Source: Escherichia phage JeanPiccard. From it: a stretch of 47,149 bases of DNA. Position numbers and translations under genes: made by a program. The DNA is taken from the sequence record MZ501080; one strand, 5' to 3'. The notes under the pieces are model-generated. The model ran no database searches, was not told the origin of the DNA, and worked only from the letters and a program-made list of their open reading frames with translations. This document shows positions 36,671 through 44,809 of the stretch, piece by piece; the first letter of the stretch is position 1, and every line of letters starts with the position of its first letter.

Positions 36671-37006
36671 TTAGCTAAATAACTCGTCGTCAGTCATTGT
36701 TCCTATATTCATCATCTCTTTTATGTACTTGCTTTGATACCCGTTAAGCGCCTCGAAGTTAAACTCAAATGGCCTCTTCAAGCTACCCTTGCTAGCAAAC
36801 TCACCGCACTTACCATCAATGTATCCCATGCTAAGCATCTTCGCGCAGAACTCCTTTGAAGCGGCGCTGCAAAATTCTCTGTGAGATAATCCTGCTGCTT
36901 TGCTAAATCTCTCAGAGTCCTTGTGTTGGTAGATGAATCGCGCCAAATGCTGGCGCGTAAAGTATGAATACGACTCACAGAAGCGGTATAAATCCAAAAT
37001 GAACAT
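36671..37006 (-). CDS. hypothetical Cys-rich protein co-transcribed with ATPase
   Basis: 111 aa; four Cys (possible metal site); ATG 4 nt after ATPase stop. Confidence 0.45.
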   Translation of the reverse strand: MFILDLYRFCESYSYFTRQHLARFIYQHKDSERFSKAAGLSHREFCSAASKEFCAKMLSMGYIDGKCGEFASKGSLKRPFEFNFEALNGYQSKYIKEMMNIGTMTDDELFS

Positions 37007-37009
37007 TCA

Positions 37010-38593
37010 TCACCCCAGCAATCTCGGATTAATATAAACTTTATCACCAATCAGGCACGTATAGTTTTTCTCATCAAGCATTGGCAGTAAGTGATCTTTA
37101 ATCTTCGTCATCACCCCAGCCTGAGCCTCGAACGGCTTAACCTTGCGCGCTGCCTCATACAATGAACGAACACCAACAACTCCCTTACCGTTTTTGCCTT
37201 GCTTGATCAGGATATCAATAAGCTTATTCATCTCGGCATTGTCTCCAGCGTGACCCGCAGCGTTGGCAGATGATAGATACGTCTTGCTCAGCTCCTGGAA
37301 CATAATTACTGCCTCTTGCATGGTGTCTAGCTCAATCTCTCTTGACTTCTGTGGACTTCCACCGTTAGGGTTGAACCAGTTACGCACAGTGTGAAGAACC
37401 GCTGCAATCCTGATGGCCTGTTTATCGAACTTCCCCAACGCGCCGCGCAACATTGTGTGGGAATACTTACCGCCGTCAGCAAGGTGAGGTTCCATTTCCT
37501 GACGAGCGCGGTTTAGGTATTTCATTGCTGAATTACTCACTGTCAACTTTACTTCTTGCTCGTTCATTATTTCGTGAACCAATCGGAAGTAGTCAGCCTT
37601 CAACCCGCCATCAATTGGTTCATAAGTCGATTCGCCATTTTCATCAACGAATACACGCTCACCCAGGAATGACTTTTCACGAACCAAAAGGAAACGTTCA
37701 GATACACCGATACCGCGCGCACCAGCATTCATGATTGCGTTAATTGTTTCGTCTTGCGCAATTACAGAGATGCAGCCCATAGCAACGAAGCTCATGTTGT
37801 TCTCTGCGTTCGCACGGGCGATAGATACGTTACCAGCATCCCATGCTTTAAGCACAAGCTCGCTGTTCGTTTTCTTTGAGCCATCGCCATACGTCATGCC
37901 AAGAAGTGAATTCACGCTCGTTGCTTCATCCGAGATTACTGCGAAGTTTCCCTGGCGGTTGTTTATTCGGGCCAAGCCTTCAGGCGTAGTGTCTGATACG
38001 GGGAAAACGATATCGCAAAGTTTCTCGAGCTTCTCCTCTAAATCTTCTTTTTCCTCAAATAGTGAAGCCATCTCTGACGGAGATTTTTCCTGCTTCATCT
38101 CTTTGGATAATGCAGATAGTTTGGCCATGATCTTTTTACGCTCACGCTTTCGCACTTCATTCAGTCGCTCAGTCTCGGCAATCATTGGAGCAATTGAAAG
38201 TGAGTTAATAGCTGATTTACCAGTAGATGGTGGCTGGCTTGTTACGACGTAAAGCGACGTGGGCTGCTGAGTTCCGTGATACTCTACAGTGAATCGACCA
38301 AGCATAGCAGCGGAAATACACCCCAGGAAGTGCATGTAAGCTGAAGATTCAGGGAACTGAACCGAACGAGCAATGTTGGCTGACAGTTTACCAACAACAT
38401 CAATATCATTTCCTAGTGAGATTACAGGATACTTGTCATTGGCAGCGTCAATCTCTACTGGCGCCTTCCAGAATGATTGGGACTGTCGATAGCCATTAGC
38501 ATTGATGGCGACACGCAAAGGCGGGAGGTTGTCTGCGGCAGCGATTGCCATAACCTGTTCAACAGATAGTTTATCTTCGTTGAAATCAAACAT
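37010..38593 (-). CDS. P-loop NTPase (possible SF3-like helicase/ATPase)
   Basis: Walker A TSQPPSTGKS, Walker B FAVISDE; N- and C-terminal regions paralogous to 41779..42306. Confidence 0.65.
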   Translation of the reverse strand: MFDFNEDKLSVEQVMAIAAADNLPPLRVAINANGYRQSQSFWKAPVEIDAANDKYPVISLGNDIDVVGKLSANIARSVQFPESSAYMHFLGCISAAMLGRFTVEYHGTQQPTSLYVVTSQPPSTGKSAINSLSIAPMIAETERLNEVRKRERKKIMAKLSALSKEMKQEKSPSEMASLFEEKEDLEEKLEKLCDIVFPVSDTTPEGLARINNRQGNFAVISDEATSVNSLLGMTYGDGSKKTNSELVLKAWDAGNVSIARANAENNMSFVAMGCISVIAQDETINAIMNAGARGIGVSERFLLVREKSFLGERVFVDENGESTYEPIDGGLKADYFRLVHEIMNEQEVKLTVSNSAMKYLNRARQEMEPHLADGGKYSHTMLRGALGKFDKQAIRIAAVLHTVRNWFNPNGGSPQKSREIELDTMQEAVIMFQELSKTYLSSANAAGHAGDNAEMNKLIDILIKQGKNGKGVVGVRSLYEAARKVKPFEAQAGVMTKIKDHLLPMLDEKNYTCLIGDKVYINPRLLG

Positions 38594-38667
38594 TACTTCT
38601 CTCCGTATTGTTTTTGAGAGGCCATTATATCAACGACCTCTTATAAAGCATTATCAATTTGTGCTAT

Positions 38668-39021
38668 TTACAGGTATTGAGCTTCAAATAAGTAAGTCTG
38701 GCAAAGAGTGTAAAAACCAACGTCCTCGCTGCGGTAAAGCTGCCAGGCATTACCATCTTCATCGTAAATGTAACCGGCAGACTGACCAAGGCCAGCATGA
38801 AGTGCCACCTGATAGCGCTTCCCTTCTTTAAAGTCTTTTTTAACACCTGATTTGTGGTTAACCCTTGTGCAGTAAAGCGTCTTAGTCTTGATGTACTTAC
38901 CGCGTTCTTCAAGGTTAATCCATTTTCCACCTTTCTTGATCTGCTCTACACCATCTTTAACGCGAGCTTTGTAGAGTACGTTTTCTTTGCTGATGAAGTT
39001 TTTAGTCAGTGTAGTAGTCAT
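38668..39021 (-). CDS. hypothetical protein
   Basis: 117 aa basic ORF on minus strand. Confidence 0.45.
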   Translation of the reverse strand: MTTTLTKNFISKENVLYKARVKDGVEQIKKGGKWINLEERGKYIKTKTLYCTRVNHKSGVKKDFKEGKRYQVALHAGLGQSAGYIYDEDGNAWQLYRSEDVGFYTLCQTYLFEAQYL

Positions 39022-39184
39022 TTTTTACTCTCTTCGTTGTCCACATGAATTTGTTAGGTACTGACTTGCGCACGATACGCACAACAATCTTGTCAACCTT
39101 CTGAACTAAGCCGTAAATCTTTCCATCAAGTGATGCTCTATAGGTGGCCTCTTCCATTGCGTCATTGAAGTTGTCGAACATTTT

Positions 39185-39376
39185 CTATCTCTTTGTTGCG
39201 TAAGTAATGTTGCTTGCTGGAGTTGAGCATATGATATCAAGTGGTTTGCTATTGTGCTTAATTGTCTTGCTTTGTTCTCTAGCTGCCAAAATTGAATCAA
39301 TAATCCTTTGAATGATAACCTTATCTCGCTTGCTTGACAGCTTGTGGCGTCTCATTAAAGTTTTGATGTCTTGCAT
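39185..39376 (-). CDS. hypothetical small basic protein
   Basis: 63 aa; strong RBS GGGAGGGG; preceded on minus strand by dyad motif and CATCGAAACG leader. Confidence 0.5.
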   Translation of the reverse strand: MQDIKTLMRRHKLSSKRDKVIIQRIIDSILAAREQSKTIKHNSKPLDIICSTPASNITYATKR

Positions 39377-39416
39377 TTTTCGTACCCCTCCCGTTTCGAT
39401 GAGATTAATATACAGG

Positions 39417-39435
39417 AAAAGCCCCTAAGGGCTTT
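39417..39435 (-). terminator. terminator hairpin (minus-strand operon)
   Basis: hairpin AAAGCCCttaGGGGCTTT with flanking T/A runs. Confidence 0.45.
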
Positions 39436-39450
39436 AGCAATTCGTGCTAT
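39433..39450 (-). promoter_or_regulatory. dyad motif (minus orientation, copy n)
   Basis: TTTAGCAATTCGTGCTAT is the reverse complement of ATAGCACGAATTGCTAAA. Confidence 0.4.
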
Positions 39451-39594
39451 TTTGTGCCTTTTCTATCGCCTTGAGCATAATTTCATGACTCTCAAGCAAG
39501 TCTTCTCGGAACCAGTCTCCGCAAGGCCAACCCTTTCCGCTGTAGGCACTTATGACCTCAAGATCAAAATAATTTATCTCAGATGGTAATAGCA

Positions 39595-39834
39595 TCATTT
39601 CACCTCGTCAAAAGTTGCAATACCAGGGATAAACATTCCAACCTTCCAGCGCGCAATGGCAATCCACCCAGAATCGTGCTTGTGAGGTCGCTCAGCGCCA
39701 TTAATCAACCACTCGTTCGGGATTGTCTTGCCGTTAATGATTAGCGGCTCAGCGTCGTATACACAGCCTTTAACGAATGGCGTTAAGACTTTTTTGTCGG
39801 TGCTGGTAATAACATTGGTGCAGCGAATTTTCAT
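39595..39834 (-). CDS. hypothetical protein
   Basis: 79 aa; GAGGTGG RBS. Confidence 0.45.
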   Translation of the reverse strand: MKIRCTNVITSTDKKVLTPFVKGCVYDAEPLIINGKTIPNEWLINGAERPHKHDSGWIAIARWKVGMFIPGIATFDEVK

Positions 39835-40004
39835 TGCACCACCTCAAACTCATCAGGGTGAATAACAAGTGGCTTACCACTCCCATCAATAATTACCACT
39901 CTACCATCGCCACACTCATTTAATACCGCGTAGACTCCACCAATCTCAATCCCGTAATAACATGGCGTGTAAATCGTATCAAACTTAACTAACTTAATTT
40001 TCAT
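39831..40004 (-). CDS. hypothetical small protein (57 aa)
   Basis: manual translation MKIKLVKFDTIYTPCYYG...EFEVVQ; ATGA overlap with downstream gene. Confidence 0.4.
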   Translation of the reverse strand: MKIKLVKFDTIYTPCYYGIEIGGVYAVLNECGDGRVVIIDGSGKPLVIHPDEFEVVQ

Positions 40005-40014
40005 ATCTCAATCC

Positions 40015-40188
40015 TCAAAATGGTAAGCATTCAGTGCAGCCGAGGCCGTCACAACAGAAAAACTCATCCTCTGACTGGAATTGCTTGGCTAAATCTATAT
40101 CCAGTTTTCCACGAACCACAAGGTCGGTGTAATCTTCATTAAGCCCAATCAGTGCACATTCGTGGCGTAGCACGTCTTTTCTGTTCAT
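40015..40188 (-). CDS. hypothetical small Cys-containing protein (57 aa)
   Basis: manual translation MNRKDVLRHECALIG...FFCCDGLGCTECLPF; GGAG RBS; ATGA overlap with upstream gene. Confidence 0.4.
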   Translation of the reverse strand: MNRKDVLRHECALIGLNEDYTDLVVRGKLDIDLAKQFQSEDEFFCCDGLGCTECLPF

Positions 40189-40523
40189 CATTTTTTCAAC
40201 TCCGCTTTCTGAACACTTGAAATCTCACCTTTGCTTAACAACCGCCCTTTACTGAACCGATGACAAATGAACTTAACGGAAAAGTAGTCACTCGGATCGA
40301 GCGCCACACGCTTTTCCATGAAGACCTTGCGGCTTGAGGCCAGAAATACTTTGCTGCCTTTCTTACCCACTCTTGATCGCAACAGCTCATAGGTTGAATC
40401 GACAAACTGATACTTAAAGCGCCAGGCTCCGTAAGCCCACAAATACATCCGGCCAGACGGAGTCATGAACCTGGTCTTTCCGTCAGTTGCGTCCTTCCAG
40501 ACAACTCCGTAAACAATGCTCAT
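40188..40523 (-). CDS. hypothetical protein
   Basis: 111 aa; AAGGAG RBS; first gene of minus-strand operon. Confidence 0.5.
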   Translation of the reverse strand: MSIVYGVVWKDATDGKTRFMTPSGRMYLWAYGAWRFKYQFVDSTYELLRSRVGKKGSKVFLASSRKVFMEKRVALDPSDYFSVKFICHRFSKGRLLSKGEISSVQKAELKK

Positions 40524-41230
40524 TTATTTCTCCTTTCCTCTCGTTTCTAGGACTGAATCATAGCAACCAACCACTGATAGGTCATTAGCAAAAAGTGCTA
40601 TTCGTTAGATTTATGGATTGTTGCAGATATTGAAATTATTATCATGATTATTGCACATATAGCAATATTGCTTCAGATGCAATGATGTTTTTGATTGTTG
40701 CGGATTGAGCAATGAAGTGGTGGGGGAGTGAATGAAAGATGGATGGACTAACATACAAGTTGATTTTGACTCCCGATAACCTATCCTGTGGTATACACGT
40801 AACCGCCGTATACTCAGTGTCGTCACAAAAGTTAGTGGACACTAACCTACGTTTTTTACGCCAATATACACTCGATATACAATATAATATCTATATATAT
40901 CAACCTTTTACTTTATTATTATTATTATTATTATATATATGTATACCGTGTATACCGGTCATGGATGGAATAGTTGATATGTTCCGCGCAGATATTCTGA
41001 CACTTGTCAGAAAGGGATGACATTGTAGGAATAAAAAGGCACATATATAGGAAATATCCTCAAAAATCTGTACACAGTGGATACGGCAGGTTTACAACCA
41101 GTGCCGGAGCGGGCTTGAGAGGCAAAATGCGTATCCATGATAAAATATACTAAAATATACATTGACCGACACGTAAATAGGTGGCAATATAGCAATCACT
41201 GAAACGAAGTAAACCAAACGAGGTATTAAC
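40524..41230. promoter_or_regulatory. AT-rich divergent control region 2 (homologous to region 1)
   Basis: no credible ORFs; shares ATATCTATATATATCAACC(A/T)TTTACT(C/T)TTATTATTATT core, TACACGTAAC and GTATAC repeats with 21652..22034. Confidence 0.45.
40585..40601 (-). promoter_or_regulatory. dyad motif (minus orientation, copy o)
   Basis: TTAGCAAAAAGTGCTAT is the reverse complement of ATAGCACTTTTTGCTAA. Confidence 0.35.
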
Positions 41231-41779
41231 ATGCAGAAAGTAACACTAGGTGAAGTTATCCGCGAGATGGTTCGTAACGCGATGGCGTCTGATGGTGGTG
41301 AATTCAAAGTTCCGGTTAGCCAGATATTCAAGCTGGTTCGCGGGAAAGAATACCCTGAGATGCGGTATGATGAGGATACCAGTGAGATCCTAAACCTTGC
41401 AGATAGGGCGATGCCGGAACTAAAGAACTCATACATTTATAATACGGTTTCGAGAATGACCGAGCTTCGAGATGCAAACAAGCGAGCGCGCTATAAGTTC
41501 ATCTGGATTGATGAGGATGGCGAGCAGGTAAGCCCTGGTAGCTTCGATGGTGATGGCGCCGATAAATACCTGGTAATATACATTGAGGACGGCGCGCACT
41601 GGACTGGAAGTCGCGAGAAGAAAAAGCAGGAATCGGAGAGGGAGGCAGCAACCATTGAAAGGTTTAAATCTCGATTGCTCAAGCTGTCACCTAGCGTCGC
41701 TGGGCTGGAAGGTGATGAACTTAAGGGTGCTGTTGCAATGATTAATGCTTATCAGGAAATGATTAAGGAAACCAAATAA
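41231..41779 (+). CDS. hypothetical protein
   Basis: 182 aa; ACGAGG RBS; first gene of plus-strand operon leaving control region 2. Confidence 0.5.
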   Translation: MQKVTLGEVIREMVRNAMASDGGEFKVPVSQIFKLVRGKEYPEMRYDEDTSEILNLADRAMPELKNSYIYNTVSRMTELRDANKRARYKFIWIDEDGEQVSPGSFDGDGADKYLVIYIEDGAHWTGSREKKKQESEREAATIERFKSRLLKLSPSVAGLEGDELKGAVAMINAYQEMIKETK

Positions 41780-42306
41780 TGTTTGATTTCAACGAAGAAA
41801 AGCTGACAGATGAGCAGGTCATGAGTATTGCGAAGCAGGATGGGATTCCCCCGCTACGGGTTGCAATCAATGCAAACGGGTATCGTCATGTTCAACACCT
41901 CTGGAGTCATCCTGATGCGTCATCAATCCACAAGGGTGAGGCTGTTGAGGTTCTGCTGACAGCGATAAGGACTGAATCTATAGCTCGCAGGGGAGTTGTT
42001 GGCTTACAGAAGTCTTATGACCTAATTAGGAAGCTAAAGAGGTTTAAAGGTGACAATGACGGGCTAATGGAGAGGATTAAGGACGAAATGATTCCAGAGC
42101 TAGAGAAAGCGAATCTCGTTTGCCTCATTGGAGATAAGATTTATGTCCACCCGGCTATCATTGAGGAGTCCTGGCAACCCAACTTCAAAACTTACGAAGG
42201 TGATCACACTAGTAGACTACCATACCACTTGCGGTACAGTGAGGCGGAGGTGGAAGAGGCTATTGAGTTCTACCGGAAGACTAAATCACTCCTGAATGGC
42301 GAATAG
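41779..42306 (+). CDS. domain-deleted paralog of the P-loop ATPase (N- and C-terminal modules only)
   Basis: MFDFNEEKLTDEQVMSIA..PPLRVAINANGYR and CLIGDKIYVHP match the ends of 37010..38593; no Walker motifs. Confidence 0.55.
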   Translation: MFDFNEEKLTDEQVMSIAKQDGIPPLRVAINANGYRHVQHLWSHPDASSIHKGEAVEVLLTAIRTESIARRGVVGLQKSYDLIRKLKRFKGDNDGLMERIKDEMIPELEKANLVCLIGDKIYVHPAIIEESWQPNFKTYEGDHTSRLPYHLRYSEAEVEEAIEFYRKTKSLLNGE

Positions 42307-42321
42307 CACGAATTGCTAAAC
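42304..42321 (+). promoter_or_regulatory. dyad motif TAGCACGAATTGCTAAAC (family copy p); TAG is the stop codon
   Basis: exact consensus copy. Confidence 0.45.
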
Positions 42322-42376
42322 AATGGATCGGGTAGTCAGCTATGATTACCCTATCAACAACGAAGAGGAAATGAAG

Positions 42377-42586
42377 ATGGAAGCTGTAATTATCGAAGAT
42401 TTCGCAGGTGACAGCACGGAGGTGTCGACTTCAGTATATTACGACGGCATCGTGAGCATTGACATTGACCTGGATAACTTAGGCGATAGATACACGCTCG
42501 CCCACTATACACCAGAGGCGGCCCGCAAATTGGCGGCGGCATTAATCCTGGCGGCGGACGAGGCGGACGAGGTGGAGAAAAAATGA
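42377..42586 (+). CDS. hypothetical acidic protein (start uncertain)
   Basis: GAGGAA RBS before ATG 42377; track ORF starts at 42323. Confidence 0.4.
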   Translation: MEAVIIEDFAGDSTEVSTSVYYDGIVSIDIDLDNLGDRYTLAHYTPEAARKLAAALILAADEADEVEKK

Positions 42587-42846
42587 AACGTTTAATGACA
42601 TGCATGACCATTATTGCGGCAATTATTGCTCTTACTGGTTGCGAGAAAGCACCGGAGGTTCAGATTCAGTCAGGTGAATTCAATGTGGAGCGTCTATTCA
42701 CAGTGGATGGATGTACCGCCTACCGATTCCGAGATAGCGGTAAAGCCGTCTACTACACAAATTGCCATGGCAGTACGCAGAGTGAGTACAAGTCCGGCAA
42801 GGTCACGAAACAAGAAATAGTTCAGACAAATCGCACGAATTGGTAA
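42583..42846 (+). CDS. lipoprotein
   Basis: signal peptide MKRLMTCMTIIAAIIALTG followed by Cys (lipobox LTGC); 87 aa. Confidence 0.55.
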   Translation: MKRLMTCMTIIAAIIALTGCEKAPEVQIQSGEFNVERLFTVDGCTAYRFRDSGKAVYYTNCHGSTQSEYKSGKVTKQEIVQTNRTNW

Positions 42847-43028
42847 AAGGGGATTCATCCTGACTGGTATAATCCAACGCATCAACCAAATGAATGGAAG
42901 TTAAGTGACGATATACGAACATAAATTCAGTAGCAGGGGTATTGATATGCTCCTGCACTATGTAGACGAAAAATACGCAAAGCTAATGCTTAAGACGCAT
43001 GGCGGCACAATAACGAGGATTAACATAA

Positions 43029-43646
43029 ATGGCTAAAATAATCATTCTTAATGGACCTGCTTCTATTGGTAAGGACACTATCGGTAACGCGCTTGTGAAA
43101 GATTACAATTGCATCCCGACAAGCTTTAAGCTTCCTATTTTTGAGATCGCAGCTTCAGTCCTTGGCACTCGGGCGTTCAGTAAGTTCATCACGGCTTATA
43201 ATGACCGAGATCAGAAAGAGATGCCTCATGATTTTCTCGGTGGGAAAACGTGTCGAGAGTTCATGATCTGGATTAGCGAGTCGGTGGTCAAGCCGCTATT
43301 TGGCAATCAGCACTTCGGTAAGCTGACGAGCGAGCGTATCCAGCTTTGTGACGAGGGATTTAGCTTTGTTTGCACTGATGGCGGTTTTCCTGATGAGGTT
43401 ATACGCCTGGTGGAAGATGGTCACTATGTTACCGTTGTGCGCCTGTTCATGGATGGCAAGACCTTCGCGGGAGATAGCCGTGATTATATCCGCATCAAGG
43501 AATCGCACTTCCCTGATTATAGGCAATATAACGAGCATGATGTACATCTGGTGAATGGTGATATTGACGGCGGCGTCATGGCAGTGGTTCGCGCCTGCGG
43601 TATCCGTCCTGCAATCGACGAGTGGGCCGACGATATTCCCTGGTAA
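43029..43646 (+). CDS. P-loop kinase (deoxynucleoside monophosphate kinase-like)
   Basis: Walker A GPASIGKDT at N-terminus (the GKDT form recalled from phage dNMP kinases). Confidence 0.55.
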   Translation: MAKIIILNGPASIGKDTIGNALVKDYNCIPTSFKLPIFEIAASVLGTRAFSKFITAYNDRDQKEMPHDFLGGKTCREFMIWISESVVKPLFGNQHFGKLTSERIQLCDEGFSFVCTDGGFPDEVIRLVEDGHYVTVVRLFMDGKTFAGDSRDYIRIKESHFPDYRQYNEHDVHLVNGDIDGGVMAVVRACGIRPAIDEWADDIPW

Positions 43647-43647
43647 A

Positions 43648-43665
43648 TAGCACGAATTGCTAAAC
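43648..43665 (+). promoter_or_regulatory. dyad motif TAGCACGAATTGCTAAAC (family copy q)
   Basis: exact consensus copy directly after kinase stop. Confidence 0.45.
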
Positions 43666-43719
43666 CAGCTCCGGCGGGTTCTGTTATAGTTAGTTCACAC
43701 CAAACGAGAGGAAAGATAA

Positions 43720-43911
43720 ATGATTACGATTAACCTATCAGAAGAAATGGCCGCTGACCTTATTGATTCACTAAGCCTGGTTAAAATTCGATATGGAACT
43801 TACCACATGAGCGAATCAGTAAAGGAAGTGGTAAAGCAAGTTAAGCAGCAGGTCGGAGCTACCAAAATCGAATTGCAGAACACCCCATACGATTTTAATA
43901 AAGGTGAATAA
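43720..43911 (+). CDS. hypothetical protein (MITINLS paralog 1)
   Basis: 63 aa; N-terminus MITINLSEEMAADL. Confidence 0.45.
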   Translation: MITINLSEEMAADLIDSLSLVKIRYGTYHMSESVKEVVKQVKQQVGATKIELQNTPYDFNKGE

Positions 43912-43912
43912 G

Positions 43913-44140
43913 ATGATTACAATCAACCTGTCAGACAAGCAGGCGGCAGAACTCAAGTCCATGATGAACTCTTTCATGCCAACGCGCTGCGACGGTCAGC
44001 GTAATGTGGTAGATGAGGTTAGAGACCAAATCAACAATCAGCAATTCGACGTCAGTGACTTCGAGTCATCACGTCAGTACGAGGCGCTTAGCGTTAATGC
44101 TGCATACCTGGCTAACTGGGATAAGGCAACGAAGAAATGA
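43913..44140 (+). CDS. hypothetical protein (MITINLS paralog 2)
   Basis: 75 aa from ATG 43913 (AAAGGTG RBS); N-terminus MITINLSDKQAAEL. Confidence 0.45.
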   Translation: MITINLSDKQAAELKSMMNSFMPTRCDGQRNVVDEVRDQINNQQFDVSDFESSRQYEALSVNAAYLANWDKATKK

Positions 44141-44283
44141 TTTACATCCACACTTACTACACTGGCAAGTTCAATAGCGTTAAGCACGTTCGGGTTTATG
44201 AGGATTTTAAAGAAGCATTCAAGCAGCAGGAGGTTCTTGGTGGAGTTGTCCAGGAATGTGAAATTCTAGAAGAATACAAATAG
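44137..44283 (+). CDS. hypothetical small protein (48 aa)
   Basis: ATGA overlap with upstream stop; stop TAG supplied by dyad motif. Confidence 0.35.
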   Translation: MIYIHTYYTGKFNSVKHVRVYEDFKEAFKQQEVLGGVVQECEILEEYK

Positions 44284-44299
44284 CACTAATTGTTAAAAC
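44281..44299 (+). promoter_or_regulatory. dyad motif TAGCACtaatTGTTAAAAC (family copy r)
   Basis: followed by hairpin TGGGGTAA..TTACCCCA enclosing TGATATAGT and CATCGAAACGAA leader. Confidence 0.4.
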
Positions 44300-44353
44300 A
44301 ACATTGGGGTAATTTGATATAGTTACCCCATCGAAACGAATGAGGACAAACAG

Positions 44354-44599
44354 ATGGATAAAGACCCAATATTTGACATGATGATGAGTCAGTGTGAGGC
44401 AGTGGGTAAAGAAATGGCAATGCGGTTCCACCAATCAGAGCCCAAGCTACAGGCCAACCACTTCGACGGCTACGCAACATTCATCATTGCCCAGGCGTGC
44501 GGTATGCGTGAAGAGCCACAGGTTCACAGCATTCACTTGACCGAAGAACAGGCTAGAGAACTGGCTTACGAAATTCTAGAGCAACTTAATAAAATTTGA
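44354..44599 (+). CDS. hypothetical protein
   Basis: 81 aa ORF downstream of motif and leader. Confidence 0.45.
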   Translation: MDKDPIFDMMMSQCEAVGKEMAMRFHQSEPKLQANHFDGYATFIIAQACGMREEPQVHSIHLTEEQARELAYEILEQLNKI

Positions 44600-44608
44600 G
44601 GTTACAAA

Positions 44609-44764
44609 ATGGCTACTTGGGTTCTTGTTATAATGATTTACAATGCTGGAGTTGAGAGCATTGAGATGGATAGTAAGCAAACCTGCATAGAGGCAGTGGA
44701 AATTATAATGGATAATAAGGTGTCATCTCAAACAAAGGCTGTTTGCATCAGGAAAAAAGAATAA
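44609..44764 (+). CDS. hypothetical small membrane protein (51 aa)
   Basis: TGAGG RBS; hydrophobic N-terminus MATWVLVIMIYNAGV. Confidence 0.35.
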   Translation: MATWVLVIMIYNAGVESIEMDSKQTCIEAVEIIMDNKVSSQTKAVCIRKKE

Positions 44765-44809
44765 CAACACGCATTCTAACTAACAATAATTTAAGCAAGG
44801 TGATTCATC

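Noticed and set aside
39002-39181. 59-aa minus-strand ORF between 39185..39376 and 38668..39021
   Set aside because: It overlaps the start of the downstream gene by 20 bp and has only a weak RBS; left unannotated, although translational coupling cannot be excluded.
39106-39300. 64-aa minus-strand ORF overlapping 39185..39376 in another frame
   Set aside because: Conflicts with the better-supported ORF that has a strong GGGAGGGG RBS and motif-promoter; likely spurious.
40611-41436. Several 60-110 aa ORFs (40611..40826 -, 40648..40842 -, 40739..41020 +, 41007..41195 -, 41092..41436 -) within AT-rich region 2
   Set aside because: They overlap each other in low-complexity AT-rich repeat sequence, lack RBSs, and one overlaps the well-supported gene at 41231; interpreted as non-coding regulatory DNA.
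505-44299. Repeated TAGCAC motif as a CRISPR array or transposon terminal repeats
   Set aside because: Copies are irregularly spaced over 44 kb, interleaved with full genes, and lack unique spacers or flanking transposase genes; they are better explained as a regulatory/recombination motif family.
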